DNA of 64,000 bases from Phoronis australis (Eukaryota; Animalia; Phoronida), in assembly GCA_002633005.1 (NCBI GenBank), contig NMRA01000286.1, positions 150,143 to 214,142 on the forward strand, given 5' to 3'. Shown in pieces: positions 22,946 to 52,445 of this stretch; position 1 is the stretch's first letter; each line of letters starts with the position of its first letter. The notes below the pieces were generated by a model. That model was not told the origin of the DNA, ran no database searches, and saw nothing but the letters and a program-made list of their open reading frames with translations. The translations under genes were made by a program, and so were the position numbers.

Positions 22946-25900
22946 AATGTTACCGTAGAATCACAGATGCTTGGGAATCCGTCGACAAGACCAGGTTTCT
23001 GTAAGTCACACATTGGCTGTCACTCAAATAGATCTTACCTAGCAAGAAAAACATTGACTACAAGTTAGGAAAGGTGAATTAAGTTATTTCACTTCTGCTT
23101 GTTTATTCTAACGTTAATTACCGTCCGCCTGCTGGTCCTTAGGTCTATCACATGCTTTTATGTACCGCAAGCATTTTTAGAGTTCGTTCCCCGTAATTCG
23201 TTGATCCGACTTGCCTGTGTGTTTCAAGTTCACGAAAATCCCTATAGGATGAGAGTCATACGCCAGAACCTTTTCGGCGAATTATGCCTCACACCCTAAA
23301 ACATCTAAGTCACGTTCAGTAGTTATAAGTACCTTTTCCGCATAAAGGGACACCTTAGGAGGCCGTCAATGTCTTCAACTCCTTCCAACTCGAGCAAATA
23401 CTTCCGTAATGAATTTTTTCTACGAACAGTCCTTCGTTCAGTTGTCCATATATGGCAACTGGCTATTTTTAACACTGCGAGCGCTCCTGGCATGCGCGGT
23501 AAAAATCCTCATATATCCCTTCATATGCACAAGTATATGTACCTATAGCAACGTGACTAATGTTTTAATCAGAGTGAGCTGTAATTTGCCGAAAAGCTTC
23601 CAGCGTATGAAGCTCTAATAGGGGCTACACCGTCTCTACTGGGGCCAGCTAGAGACGCTGGTCACTGTCTACAGGTTCCAATGCCTAGAAATCATTCCCT
23701 GCCATGTGGAGAATTTCTCCCGCTCAGAATCCCTTTGTCCTCAGACAACTTTGCCTATTCAGCACGACCTTTATGTTTCTGTAGCTCTAACAAGTGGAAA
23801 GGTGATTGCTAGCAATAGTTTGTCAATAGGTGTGGTTGATGTTACACAGAAATTAGTTTTCTTACAGCCTGAAATATTGAAAGTGCGGTTTTCATTTGGA
23901 ACAGTTTTAGATATTATAAAAATAACCAACAATTGTTTGGTAATTTAACTTCACCAAAGGACCAATTTCCCAAACGACTGTTGGTTTTAAACATGTTTCA
24001 GAACGCTTTTCGTCATTTTCATTTTTAATACTCCAGTCTACTTTGTTTTTCCTGCCGGGTTGCTATCTTTTGATTAAAGTGCAGGAAATGGATGATTTTG
24101 ATGGTCAGTGAAACTCAAAAGTCATCTCTCACCTATTGACCCATCTCATCTATTGCTTGGATTTGACTTTGAAGCTAGTCATAGTCAGTCTTCACAACAC
24201 GTGTTTCATCGCCAGCTGATTTAGCATGCTACTCTTCGTAAAAAGTTATTAGATAAGGACTGGGCGATAAGCATTTTAAAAAAGCTTTGGCACATAATTT
24301 GGTCACCGTGTGTGTAATGTACGTAGTTTAGTTGGCATACTAAAAGAATAAACCATGTGATTGTTAATTATAATCAGCGTTTGTAAATCCTCCGAGTACA
24401 TCAATACGCACGGTCGTTTTTCTTCAATCCGGGGTAACCAACTAGTGTTTTGTAGTTTTTAGCTTATAATTAGTTCATCGATATTTAAAAATCGAAAAAC
24501 GTACCGTGTTGTTTTTTCCAGCTTAATCCCGTCGTCATATTTATTTTTAACGAATTATTGGCTTTCACACTTCGAAAATTTGCCGGTATGTGCTGGCAGA
24601 GGTGTTTACTGTGACGGGAGTATGGGCCTTGCTCGCAAAGGACGACCGTGACGGCTTGTCACTATACTACTATACTGCCTGGTCGTGAAAGGCGCTCACC
24701 ACTCGAACAGTCAAAACATATAGTTGAACGACCAGCGTTGAAAATTCCCGCGTATCCTTAGAAATGCGTGTTTTTCAGTTGGGCCCGGCGTCCGCATCTG
24801 AAGAAGCTCAAACGCTCGACCAGGAATGCAAATTCAAACAAGCAAGAATTAAAGAGGCGAAGTAAAGTGACGCCGATTTATATCAGTCACAAAGCGACTA
24901 GTGGGATAGTGATGAGTACTGAGGGCCTACTCGGGTTGATCAAATATACCCGGCCCCCCCGTTTTGGAGGAAAACAGTTAGGCAGAGTCATACAAAAGAA
25001 CTCATTTTTATCAATACACAAATAATTATTTTAAACATAAGTGGTTTGCAGTGAAAACGGACATTACACAGCAAAGGATACTGCTGGTCCGAAAAAAGTC
25101 GTAATCAGGGCAGACCGATGGGCAATTTGTTTCACAAAAACACACCCGTGCAAGTCCACCACTTTTTGATTTTCATATGCTCGTGCATTCACCTATGGAC
25201 AGTCGGACTGCCTTCGCACCCCGAATCAACCAGGTGCATACAGCCAGCTGACTGGCAATGGTATGCTGGTACCCGCGGTAGATTATTACCGCGGGTACCA
25301 GCTAAGCCTAACCAATGAGCCTAACGGTTGCGATCGTTACGTTTTGAAGCTTTTATTAAGAAAGTACTTTTTTGATTTTTGTAGCTGACATTGTTTCTAA
25401 AATATTAAAATAGACATTTATCTGTAATAAAATGCGACTATCAGTTTTTTAATTAAATAAAATAACCGTTGCGTTGTATTTTGGTGTATCAACAGATAAA
25501 CAATATGGTGGAGATAGTTGAGGTATTTGAGGTCCTGGTACAGTCAACGTTCACTTTCTTGGTAACAAGAAAATGAAGGATGTAACTAATGTGTCATTGA
25601 TATACAGGTACTCTTCATGTAGTCTGAAAATATCATCTGCATTTAATTGACTCTTGTAATATCTGTTTTGACCAGTGGGAAACTTGGACTAGGACCCTAA
25701 TCCCTATACCTGGCTCTGGGACTGGGTGTATTCGTAAGTTATGTAGACGCCACTACCATTTTCAAGTGGCCCCACACTGATAAAACCACCAACGTCACGT
25801 TGCTATAAGTACCTTTTGTGCATAGAGGGACGCCTTAGGAGGCCGTCGATGTCTTTAATTCCTTCCAACTCGAAGAAATACTTCCAGTCCTTTGATTTTG

Positions 25901-26767
25901 TTCAGTTGCTCAAATCGGCAACTGGCCATTTTTACACTGCTTTGCCAATGGATATGACGTCATATCTTCAGGGTTTGGAAATTTTCTCTTTTAAGAGGAT
26001 CTCCTCTTTTTTGGTTTTGATTTCCTCTTATTTGATTTCCAGTTTCCTCTTTTCCGTCTCTTTTTTATCATTATTTTGACTTTATTCGTGCAACAATGTT
26101 TATTTCAGTTAAGTTTTACAACACAAAAAATATTCCTATGACACAAGTGTATTATTTGTGAAATGATACATCACCTGGAAAATTTTCCTCTTTTTTGTCA
26201 TTGCTCATGTAAAAATAGCCAGTTACTTGTAAGTATTGTGTCCATTCACAACTATTGCCATTTTACAAGTGTACAATCTGTATGCTCTAGGGGGTTGGGC
26301 TGGATGCTAGCATACACCTCTGACGTCATGGAAATGGTGTTGTCAAAATACCAAAATCTTAAGCAATGACTTTAAATTTTTTACAACTTAAAACATGATG
26401 GCAAAATAACCAAGCAGAAATGCGGACACGATCCAATCACACCAATGCTCATTTATATCAAATGGAATTTGGTCGTGTTATTATGTCATTGTTTTGCAAT
26501 GAATGTTCTTTTTTTCTGGATTTTACTAAAAAGACAAGATCATGTGACTCAAGCGGTTGTAGTTTGGTACAAAGTCAAAAATCAAAAAAAAACAGGCTTT
26601 CTTTTTCAGACATGTAAACTTTCACTGAGTTAAATTCTTTATTTTTTGTAGATGTTTTGTTAAAATCATGGGTATTACATTACTTCTGACTGGTTGTGGC
26701 TTGCCAGCTTTTTTATGTTTGCTCTTTCCTTGTCAGTTTGATCTCTTACTACAGGTTGTCATGAGAG

Positions 26768-28860
26768 ATGACATCAGCTGAGAAAAGGCAGATTCACCCC
26801 TCTGGCGATGACAGACAGAGTAGCACAAGATCTGGGTACAGGTAGGACTAGTACAATTAAACTCATTTCAACTAATTTAAAAGAAAAGTCTCCAAATTCT
26901 CAAATATGTCCCTTATTCTTTTCTATCAGTAGACGTGTGTTTTTGACTTGTCCGGCCCTATTATGACTCAATATGTACTCTGAATTAGGAATCGAAATCC
27001 ACAATCACATCACACATTTTTCCCATTCAGGTTACCACAGGGGCATTTTACTGGAAACTTTTTACAAAACTGTGTGTTCTGATTAATCGGCGTTCCCCAA
27101 AAACGGTTACACTCTTAGAATGTACTTGGTGATTTAATTTTAGAAGGATTAAGATTAACCCTTTAAACAGTATCAGTGCTTAAGCTAATTATTATTAATA
27201 ACTATTATTTACGATTTTGGTGTTTGAATTTGATTTGACTGTATTATATACTAAACTTTCTTCAACTTCCTGTTTCCATTGATTCTTTAGTAATTTTACA
27301 CGAAGATAATTGCTAATGTCGTATTTTAAATGTTGGCTACCTTACTTTGTGGCAAATAATCATTTTTCAGTATAAACAATCAGTACCCTGTTGCATGGGA
27401 CAGTGCCAAATAGGGACTCGGCTTAATTCCCTTAGTGTTCTGCATATTTTTGTCTTGTTCACTCACAAAAGATATATGTTTCAATCGATTTATCTTTATT
27501 ATGAACTCTTCAGTGGCTAATGTTATATCTTAAAAACTGAGCTCCTGATTTTAAATGAGAATAAAAATAAATAGGAACTTTAATTAGGGGTGTTGCGTAA
27601 AAAGATCCATTTTAATTTTCAATATTGAGAAATCAGAGTTAATTCTCAATCTGTATGAAAGACAAAAATTGATTTAATAATGAAAATAAAACATCATGAA
27701 AAAAGACCAATCAGTGTTTTCACATGTCTACAAATGGGTGACAAGTTAAGGAACATAGTTGAGTCTGTATTTGGGACTTTTTAATTTAACTGGACACAGT
27801 TCTCTTTAATGTTCGTTTTTGTTGAGAAGTTTATGACAAAATATTTACTGAGGTATTCGGATTTCCTTGGTTTCATTCAGCATTGACTCCACTGAAGAAT
27901 ATTTCAACTGGCACCAAACCTTTTGAATATGGGAAATTAATTGTTTTTTGTAAGGGAACAAACTCATGACTAGTGTTAATTGGGAATGCAACGGCATTGT
28001 TTTTACCTGCACATAGTGCTTTTTAAGAAATGTGTTGCTAGATTCAAATTTCTTTTAGCTGCTTAAAGTAGACAACGTGGTCTGGTTTTGTGTCCTAGCA
28101 AACCACAATAGCCACTCTTTTCATTTCCAGCTTATACATTTTGTACTTTGTTCACAGGATGAGTCCTAGTACAAGAAGCAGTGATCTTAATCTGGCCATG
28201 ACTCCTTCTCCTCCGCCAAACAAACCTTCAACACGCCGACCAAGGTCAGTCAGGAGTAGACGGATAAATTCGGCTTCTTCGACTCAAAGTGAAGGCAGGC
28301 CGACGTCTTCGTCTTTGAGCAAATACAATATTCTTCCACCGATTGAGGATTCTAAACATTCTGTTACAAATGAGGATGGCGATACTTTAATTGAATCCAC
28401 AAGGAGGCTGAGCATTTCTAAGAAACCAGCCCCAACCAGTGGTGCTGTTTCAGATAGTAAAGACAGTATCAGGATACCAACAGGAGTTGAAGATGAAGGG
28501 TGTGGAAACGATAGCACTGCAGTTGTTACTGGCAACAAGAGGAAGAACAGCTTGGTGGACTATGTAAGTCATAAGAGCTTCAGAACGTTGAGTCTTAGTG
28601 AGGAACCAACTGAACCTCCGAGACTTTTGCTTAAAATAAAGGTTCCTAATGGAAAAGAGCTCACAAGATATTTCAGACCATCTGAGACATTTCAGGTTGT
28701 GATGGATTTTGCTGAGAGTAATATGGGCGATGATCTGAGTGGATACACTCTTGTGAAGACTGCCCCTTCGGAAGAGTATTCCAATATGAGTATGACGCTA
28801 GAAAAAGCTGGCATACAAGACAGAACTTTGCTGCTTTTGCAAACCCCAGCACCTGAATGA
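26768..28860 (+). CDS. UBXN10: UBX domain-containing protein 10-like, join(26768..26841,28158..28860), 258 aa
   Basis: C-terminal UBX domain (EEPTEPPRLLLKIKVPNGKELTRYFRPSETFQ...TLEKAGIQDRTLL) plus N-terminal motifs RPRSVRSR and SSSLSKYNILPPI resembling vertebrate UBXN10. Upstream exon MTSAEKRQ...SGY-AG|gtagga joins in phase 2 to cacag|G. Confidence 0.82.
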
Positions 28861-29237
28861 GCTGTCATGTTGTTTTTCAAAATGTTTAAAATGTTGTTTG
28901 TGTAGGATGACATAGGACAGGTAACGTTTCTAAGTCACATTGATTTATTACAATTTTTGATTATTATTTGTTTTTACATGAGCACTGATACAAGTGAGCT
29001 CTGATTGGCTTAAACACAGTATGATAACTTTGTTATAAGGTGAAGGTGACCAATCTAGCTGTGGAATTATACTTATTACTCTTGCATCATCATGTGACCA
29101 ATCGTACACTGCTGAAACCATAAACCTGTGATCATCACTCGTGAGCAAAACAAACAGATGATGTACATCAAAGTAGGAAAGAACATGCCAATCTAATAAG
29201 AGACCAAAATCAGATTAAAGGAGTACCTGTGGTTGTA

Positions 29238-29392
29238 CAATAAAACAAACATAGGATGATACCTCATGCATGTCTGGTCATGTGGATTGAGGGAGACCAA
29301 TGCTGCACTTGGCCGTTGGCCTGTGGCAATATTGCCCTCCCTCGGTCCATATGGTCGGATATCACGCTCGCAGTGGCCTATATTTGTATAAT
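29238..29392. repeat. Interspersed fold-back repeat; related inverted copy at about 59189-59310
   Basis: Reverse complement of 29328-29392 aligns by eye with atcatacaaatatggacc...gtggaccgaagggttgcaatattg. Confidence 0.5.
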
Positions 29393-30508
29393 ACATACAC
29401 GAGACAATGGTGTTGGCTTTGATCTAAGGTTATCTTATTTGAGTTATGATGCACTAAGTGTGTGCAGTCTTATTAGAGTACTTTTTAAGCTCATGATTTG
29501 CACGTGGCCAAAATAAAAATAAACGTGATGTTTTAAGTTTGATACATACAGCTTTTACATAAGTGGACTAGAGGCATTGGCAAACATATTGTGAATGCTC
29601 TTGTGCTTGTGATGCAACGTGATTTCACGGCATGATTGGTGTCTACTGCTGAGGCTGGGTGAACCCCTCACTAACTGTCCTCACTAACATTGTGTATTAT
29701 GACTAGTGGTGTATTTTATTCAGGCACTCCCTACAATTTTGTCACCAAGTGACTGTACCTGTGGGTTTTTTGCTGATTTTTGACTGTTTCTAGAGATGTA
29801 CATATGATTTTGTTGAAGCATCAAATTTTCTGCAGTTGGTTTTATTGTTTATCCTGAAGAGTGGTTAGCATGATTTGTATTTATTTTAAATTAAACAGAT
29901 TTGTTTTTGTTGTGTTTTGTAGTATCAGTTGTGATGTTTTCTTATTTTGAGTTATATTTTTGTATTGCATTTATGGTCTGTTGGTTCAGAAATACTTCAT
30001 GGTAAAATGGAGTTCTGTTAAAAGATGTCCATATTTTTACTGTTTTAAAATTTGCTTTATGGTTTTATAGTAAATTATTTGGGGTTCAATAACTCCTAAT
30101 TTAACACTGATGGTTTACACAAATTTATTGGTGTGGTGATAGTAGTCCCGTTCATTCATCTGTACCAGGTTTTCATAGAGAGGGTTCTGTACTAACTTGT
30201 ATACTTACAGAGCAAGAGATAAAAATAACCTCGAAATTCTCCTTTGGGACAACGGTTCATCAATGAATGAAGTTTTGCCTTGCTCTGGGTAGTACATGTG
30301 ATATAAAAAGGTCTTGTTTTTGTCATATATGTTGCAGTAGTCGCCCTCTTAAAACGTTGTGGGGGCCTTTTCAGTGCTTTGAAAGTTAGCTTTTCAGACT
30401 GTGGTTGGAAGTGCACAGCTCGATTCAAATTAGTGATGTGAAAAACATTGAACGAGATGAACTAAATGTCAATTTACATTTATTAAACACCTTCTTTAGT
30501 TACTGTAC

Positions 30509-30514
30509 AATAAA
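30509..30514 (+). terminator. Candidate polyadenylation signal of UBXN10-like gene
   Basis: AATAAA at the end of a T-rich plus-strand tract, followed by GT-rich sequence. Confidence 0.4.
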
Positions 30515-30775
30515 GAATGGTTTGGGAGAAGTTGTGTTCAACCTTCATTAGTCTGTATTACATAACACTTAAATATCGTATCAAACTTTTTAAATCTCCA
30601 CAATATACCTGGGACAAGTCAGACAGTTTTTGAAAGAGACCAATGTCATATGCAGTCTATGTAAAAGAAAAAGTTCCACATTCACAGGACAGTCAATGCC
30701 TCAATTTTGGGACCGAATATTGGCCACATTCCCTATAATACAAACTAACCAACTACTTTTGTAAGATTTAAAAGT

Positions 30776-30781
30776 TTTATT
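30776..30781 (-). terminator. Candidate polyadenylation signal of PDE3
   Basis: Minus-strand AATAAA near where A-rich plus-strand composition begins. Confidence 0.35.
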
Positions 30782-30885
30782 AAAACTGTACACTGACAAT
30801 ATTAACTTAGAATACCAAACCATACTTCATACTGCAGTGTAGATAACCAACAGACTTTGTGCCAATTGGCATCTGCATGGAGATT

Positions 30886-31472
30886 CTCGCTGGTTCCCTG
30901 CATGCTTGGCCCAGCCAGCACGCAGGTATCATACAGTGGCACTCGCTTTAGCATTGGTCGATGTACCCTAGGCAGTCATTGGTTAGCTTCACAAGGCGTG
31001 AAACTTAAATGGCGGACTGTGAACGTTTTTTAGCCTTGTCATGCAAGTGGCGTCGCAGCAGCTATTTCGTTTCTGCAGTGATGTTTAACAGCCGTGTGCT
31101 TGAAGCACGTACAATAAACACATGTGGTCGATTTAACCGGTGTGTTATTCATACTGTATGAATACAGGACACTATCGTAAACAAAAGTCATCGACAGTAG
31201 AAAGATGCATTCCGAAAAGACGCAATCACAATTTCTAGGCTTCACATTTCCTGAACATAAATTTTAAACACCGAATTTGTCTGTACAACAGACCACATTT
31301 ACACTTCAGTCCATCAGTCATGCCAGTTTGTTTGCGTAAAGCGCTGCCTGTTGAGAATTCGACAAGCCAATCAGAAATGCCGGTGTAAAAAAATTTACAA
31401 AGCAAAATTAAGTGATACCTGCGTGCTGGTGCGGCCACCGCCCCACCTAGTGGCACGCAGGGAACCAGCGAG
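30886..31472. mobile_element. 587-bp MITE with 20-bp TIR and 10-bp TSD (Mutator-like by TSD length)
   Basis: ctcgctggttccctgcatgc ... gcacgcagggaaccagcgag (1 mismatch); TSD catggagatt at 30876-30885 and 31473-31482. Confidence 0.85.
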
Positions 31473-32252
31473 CATGGAGATTTTGCACCCAGTGTGAGAT
31501 AACAAATTTAGCTAGCATTACATAATGAAAAGATGGGAAACCCACGAGGTTTTAAAGTTATGTTGAGCGCTGTTTTGGTAATACGACTTAATATAGCGAT
31601 GTGTCGCAAAACTAGAGTCACGAAATAAGACAAGTCGGTGCTTTTTAGTTTCCATGGTTACACTGTGGTGAGAGTGCAGCTCATTTATAGCTGTTATTTT
31701 TTGCTCAATAAATCACTTTATTCTTGGCTTATCTTACTTTGAAGTTGGCTATTTTCGACCTGCCAATAATGAACTCAACATAACTATATTTCGAACTGGG
31801 AAACAGGACACCGAATAAACTGGGAGCACAAATCACAAGTGAATTGTCAATGAGCATAAGGTGTATTACCCGGAACATTATTTTAATAAAATATTGACGT
31901 GGTTTGTTGTGAACAGATTCTAACGTAAACCAGAACAGGAAAAATAAAGGGACGAACAAACGTAAATCTTAATAAGAAAAATGTTCACAGATAACTGATT
32001 CTTGACAACGTTGTGTAAACTAAATCTCCACAACAGAAATGGTCAGATGGTTAAGCTGCATTGACCAGGGTTCAGAAGTACCCACCACAGACAAAACATT
32101 TGAGCTGCACATTATATCGTGCCAAATCATGAAATAGTTTTCTAAATGATTCTTGGTCATTTACCAATTATATAGCAACAAACCGCAAAGTGACAAAACT
32201 CAGAGAGATTTCCATAAGCTGCCAAATTTTACCTAGTGTAACAAAGTCCTTG

Positions 32253-33267
32253 ACAAGAGCAACGCAAACCGCTGAAATGCACCCATGCCTGCACCACAAA
32301 TAGTACACATGTGAAACGTGGCAATTGTTGTCGTCTCCTTGATATAATCTTATTTGCCAAAGTTCGTGAACATCCATCAAGGAACATATTAGATACAGAG
32401 CCATGTGCCACTAGGGGACACCACAGCAGGCAACTGGAACACGGTATAATTCTAAAAAGATCAATTAAACTTTGTAGATACTGATGTACAGGCAAAAACA
32501 AATTTGCCATTACTGGCACCACAACAGTTGGACCAACCCAAAAATCTACCCCAGTTGTTATAATCTCGGTAAAAACACACCTGTAAAATTTCATTACTTT
32601 TTTTCAAGCACTTAGGTGGATAGAGAAATGGATGCAAAGAATAGAATGTAAAAAGTGATAAAAGTTGTCAATATAGGTTGCAGAATATGTTGAATCCTTC
32701 CCATAATGGGAACGTGATGTTGTATCTTTAACAGAAAACTCATGAAAATCCATAAAAAACTTGATAATGAGACATACCTTAACAAAAGCTATTTGCCACA
32801 AGGGGGCACCACAGTAGTTTGACTTGTCCGAAAATCACCATCAGACATGCTCATCTCACGCAACTATGAAATTTCATACTGATCCTTCAAGAAGTTTTGT
32901 GGATAGTAAGGCAGGTGCAAAAATAACAAATACATTACGAAGTGCGGCAGACTATGCAGAAACCATCTGAAAATGGAACGGTAAAGTTGTATCCATAATA
33001 TAAAATATACATTTGCCAATTTTCAAGAAAACCGACCACAAAAACTTGGTAGACAGAGGTTAGTGTAAAAGCGATAATTGCCACAAGGGGGCACAATCGT
33101 AGTCGAATTCATCCAAAAATTCCACCGTGCTATTCCATCCATAATGGAACATGCAGCAAGAGGTTTTGGGGATATACAGCAGCATACCTCGGCAGGCCGA
33201 AAGGACGAGGATGACAGCATAATATGCCCCCCCCAAACACACATGTATACATGTGGGCGCATGAAAA
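32253..33267 (-). mobile_element. HINE/DINE-1-like element, minus orientation
   Basis: Reverse complement begins ttttcatgcgcccac and ends atgggtgcatttcag...gcgttgctcttgt, matching the termini of the plus-strand copies. Confidence 0.65.
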
Positions 33268-35667
33268 TACTACCCCAGACCCTCTTGAGGGAATCCTAAA
33301 TCATCATTGGAGTAATCTATACAAAAATTACAAGAAATCAAACCTGTTATAACAAAACAATTGCATTCCATGAGTTGACAGCAGACAAGAATTTCCTCAT
33401 ACACAGAGAGGAGAATGAGGTGGCAATGCAGGTTTATGTTTCAAATCCAGTTGTATAATTTGCTAATTATTTATGCTAAATTCTCAAACACACTAAATGA
33501 GGTACAACAAAACTGCTTTGCTTTTTGCCCTTAAAAGTTTTTGTAAAATCAAGAAATGCTAAAGATTACCCAATTTGACAAAGACCAAAGAACAAAAGTG
33601 TGAAAACTTAAAATCAAACACATTCCAAAAAGCATGTTTCACACATTTCTAAGTCATGTAGATGATAGGGTTCTTCCTGTTTTTGACTGATCGAGTGCAC
33701 CAGTTCTACATACACAGAACAAGGGAAAACAGTACTTTTTATCACAAAACACCAACTAAACCAGCTTCAATATGCCAGAGCTAACAGAAACACAATCATT
33801 TGATAACTTAATACTCCGTCAACACAACATAACCCTTTACAATGACGCATAGTTTAATACCAAATGCTTGAATGCAATTGTGCACAGTGTGACTGGAGCG
33901 AAGAGGTTACAACGCACGCTCATCTGTCGATACTTGTAGTGTTTAGTACCATGGAATCTCACCAATATGGCAGACAGGTGAACATTTATCTCATATTTTC
34001 ATTAAACAGTACCAGAAATATGCCTAGCCACATTTAACTTCTGTACCATAGCTAACAGAAAACATTTTCAAAACTGTAAGCATTCACAACAGTGTTAGAA
34101 GCCCTTGAAAATGAAAAAGATGCAATTTTAGAATTTACTTTTGTCCGAAATTGGTGAGATTTTAGAGTAATTATTATTCATAGGTTGAACGCTGCATCAC
34201 ATGTTCGAACGGTAATGAATTCAGCAGCCCATTAAGAGGTCAGTGCATACCTGCTAAAACTCTAATTAAACCCTCATACAATGACATTAAACTTTAATTC
34301 CCTTGCAGCACTAATTAGGTCTCGCCAAAATCACTAACTCCACTCGGCGAATGCCCACATCAAAATAATCAATGAACTACATTGTGTCCACAGTATTGTC
34401 AGAACTTATTAGGATTGTCAAATCCCTGTATTTAAAAACCAATACAAAGGGTTTCAGCCAAAAACATTAAACAAAACTATGCTTTTCAAAGATGGCGCTG
34501 CAGGGGGCTTAAAGTCTAGTGCAAGAACGCATTTTGTTGCTCATATGTGAGTTTGTGAGGTCACATGCTTTGCTGGTAGTGCATGGTGATATCCCGTGAA
34601 GACTTGCGAGATCTCGTCAAACTCGCAAGATAATAACCGTACCGTGTAATACTGTGATATGGCTGGACCATGTGTCATGTATCAGCCACACTAACTGGAA
34701 GATTTTCAAATGCGCAACTCTTCTTGTATCAAAAGAATCAATGCACAGGGTGTCCCAAAATATGATCCAAACTCAGTTCTAGGTCTGTGCGCGGCACTTT
34801 CTGTAATAAGTTATATGGAAATACATATGTAACAGGAGCACCAGTTATTCATTGTTACAGGAATTGTCGATCAAACTTTGATTTGTTTGGGCTACATTTG
34901 AGACAAGATAAAGCCAAGGTTGCATTTTTGGGACTCCCTGCCCAAGTTCTCATTAAAAAAATATTGATTAGAAACTTGCCAATAAAAGTACATTCGAATG
35001 TATCCATACATTCAATGTCTGTAAATGTCCACCTTACTAGCCACTTTCTTTTCTCAAAGTGCTTGAATGACTCAACTAGGAAGGCAAGGAGTGATTACTA
35101 GCAAGTGCCCGGAGGTGTCGACGACAAGAACTCAAATGCCACGCTCTACACACACACCGTTTCACAAGTGTCTACAGTTTAATACAAACCTGAGTCACTG
35201 ATACGAGAATAAAAGTCCATCTGTTGCTTTCAAAAATAAGCAAAGCTAGGTACAGACCATGTACAAATAAATAAAATAGTTAAATACATCTCACCTAATC
35301 AGACATACACAACAATGTACAAATAGATAATACAGCATACATGTCATTCTCTAACGGGAAAATAAATTTCAAGGCATTGTAACGAGGATAATACAGAGAC
35401 AGAGACAACACATGATGCTGGTTGTACATGTTCAAGAGCTGAACAATGGAGCAGAACTTGATATCTCGACTAGATTATTGTCAACGTCATCTACATTCGT
35501 GCCGAAGTTAATATGTTGGACGATTCAGTTTCATTCATGAACACTCGTCACCTCATCATTCTGTGCTTCAAAGTGCACATCGTTTGAGTGAATTCGTGCA
35601 TCACCGTGTCGTACCAGCACATTCCATAAACCCTGTATTGACTCTGATTGCATCTGGCCTTTGAGGA

Positions 35668-52445
<16,778 letters not shown>

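Noticed and set aside
24580-24840. snRNA/7SK/RNase MRP gene suggested by CpG-rich sequence and octamer ATGCAAAT (24826-24833)
   Set aside because: No recognisable conserved ncRNA motif on either strand; an Infernal/Rfam search would be needed
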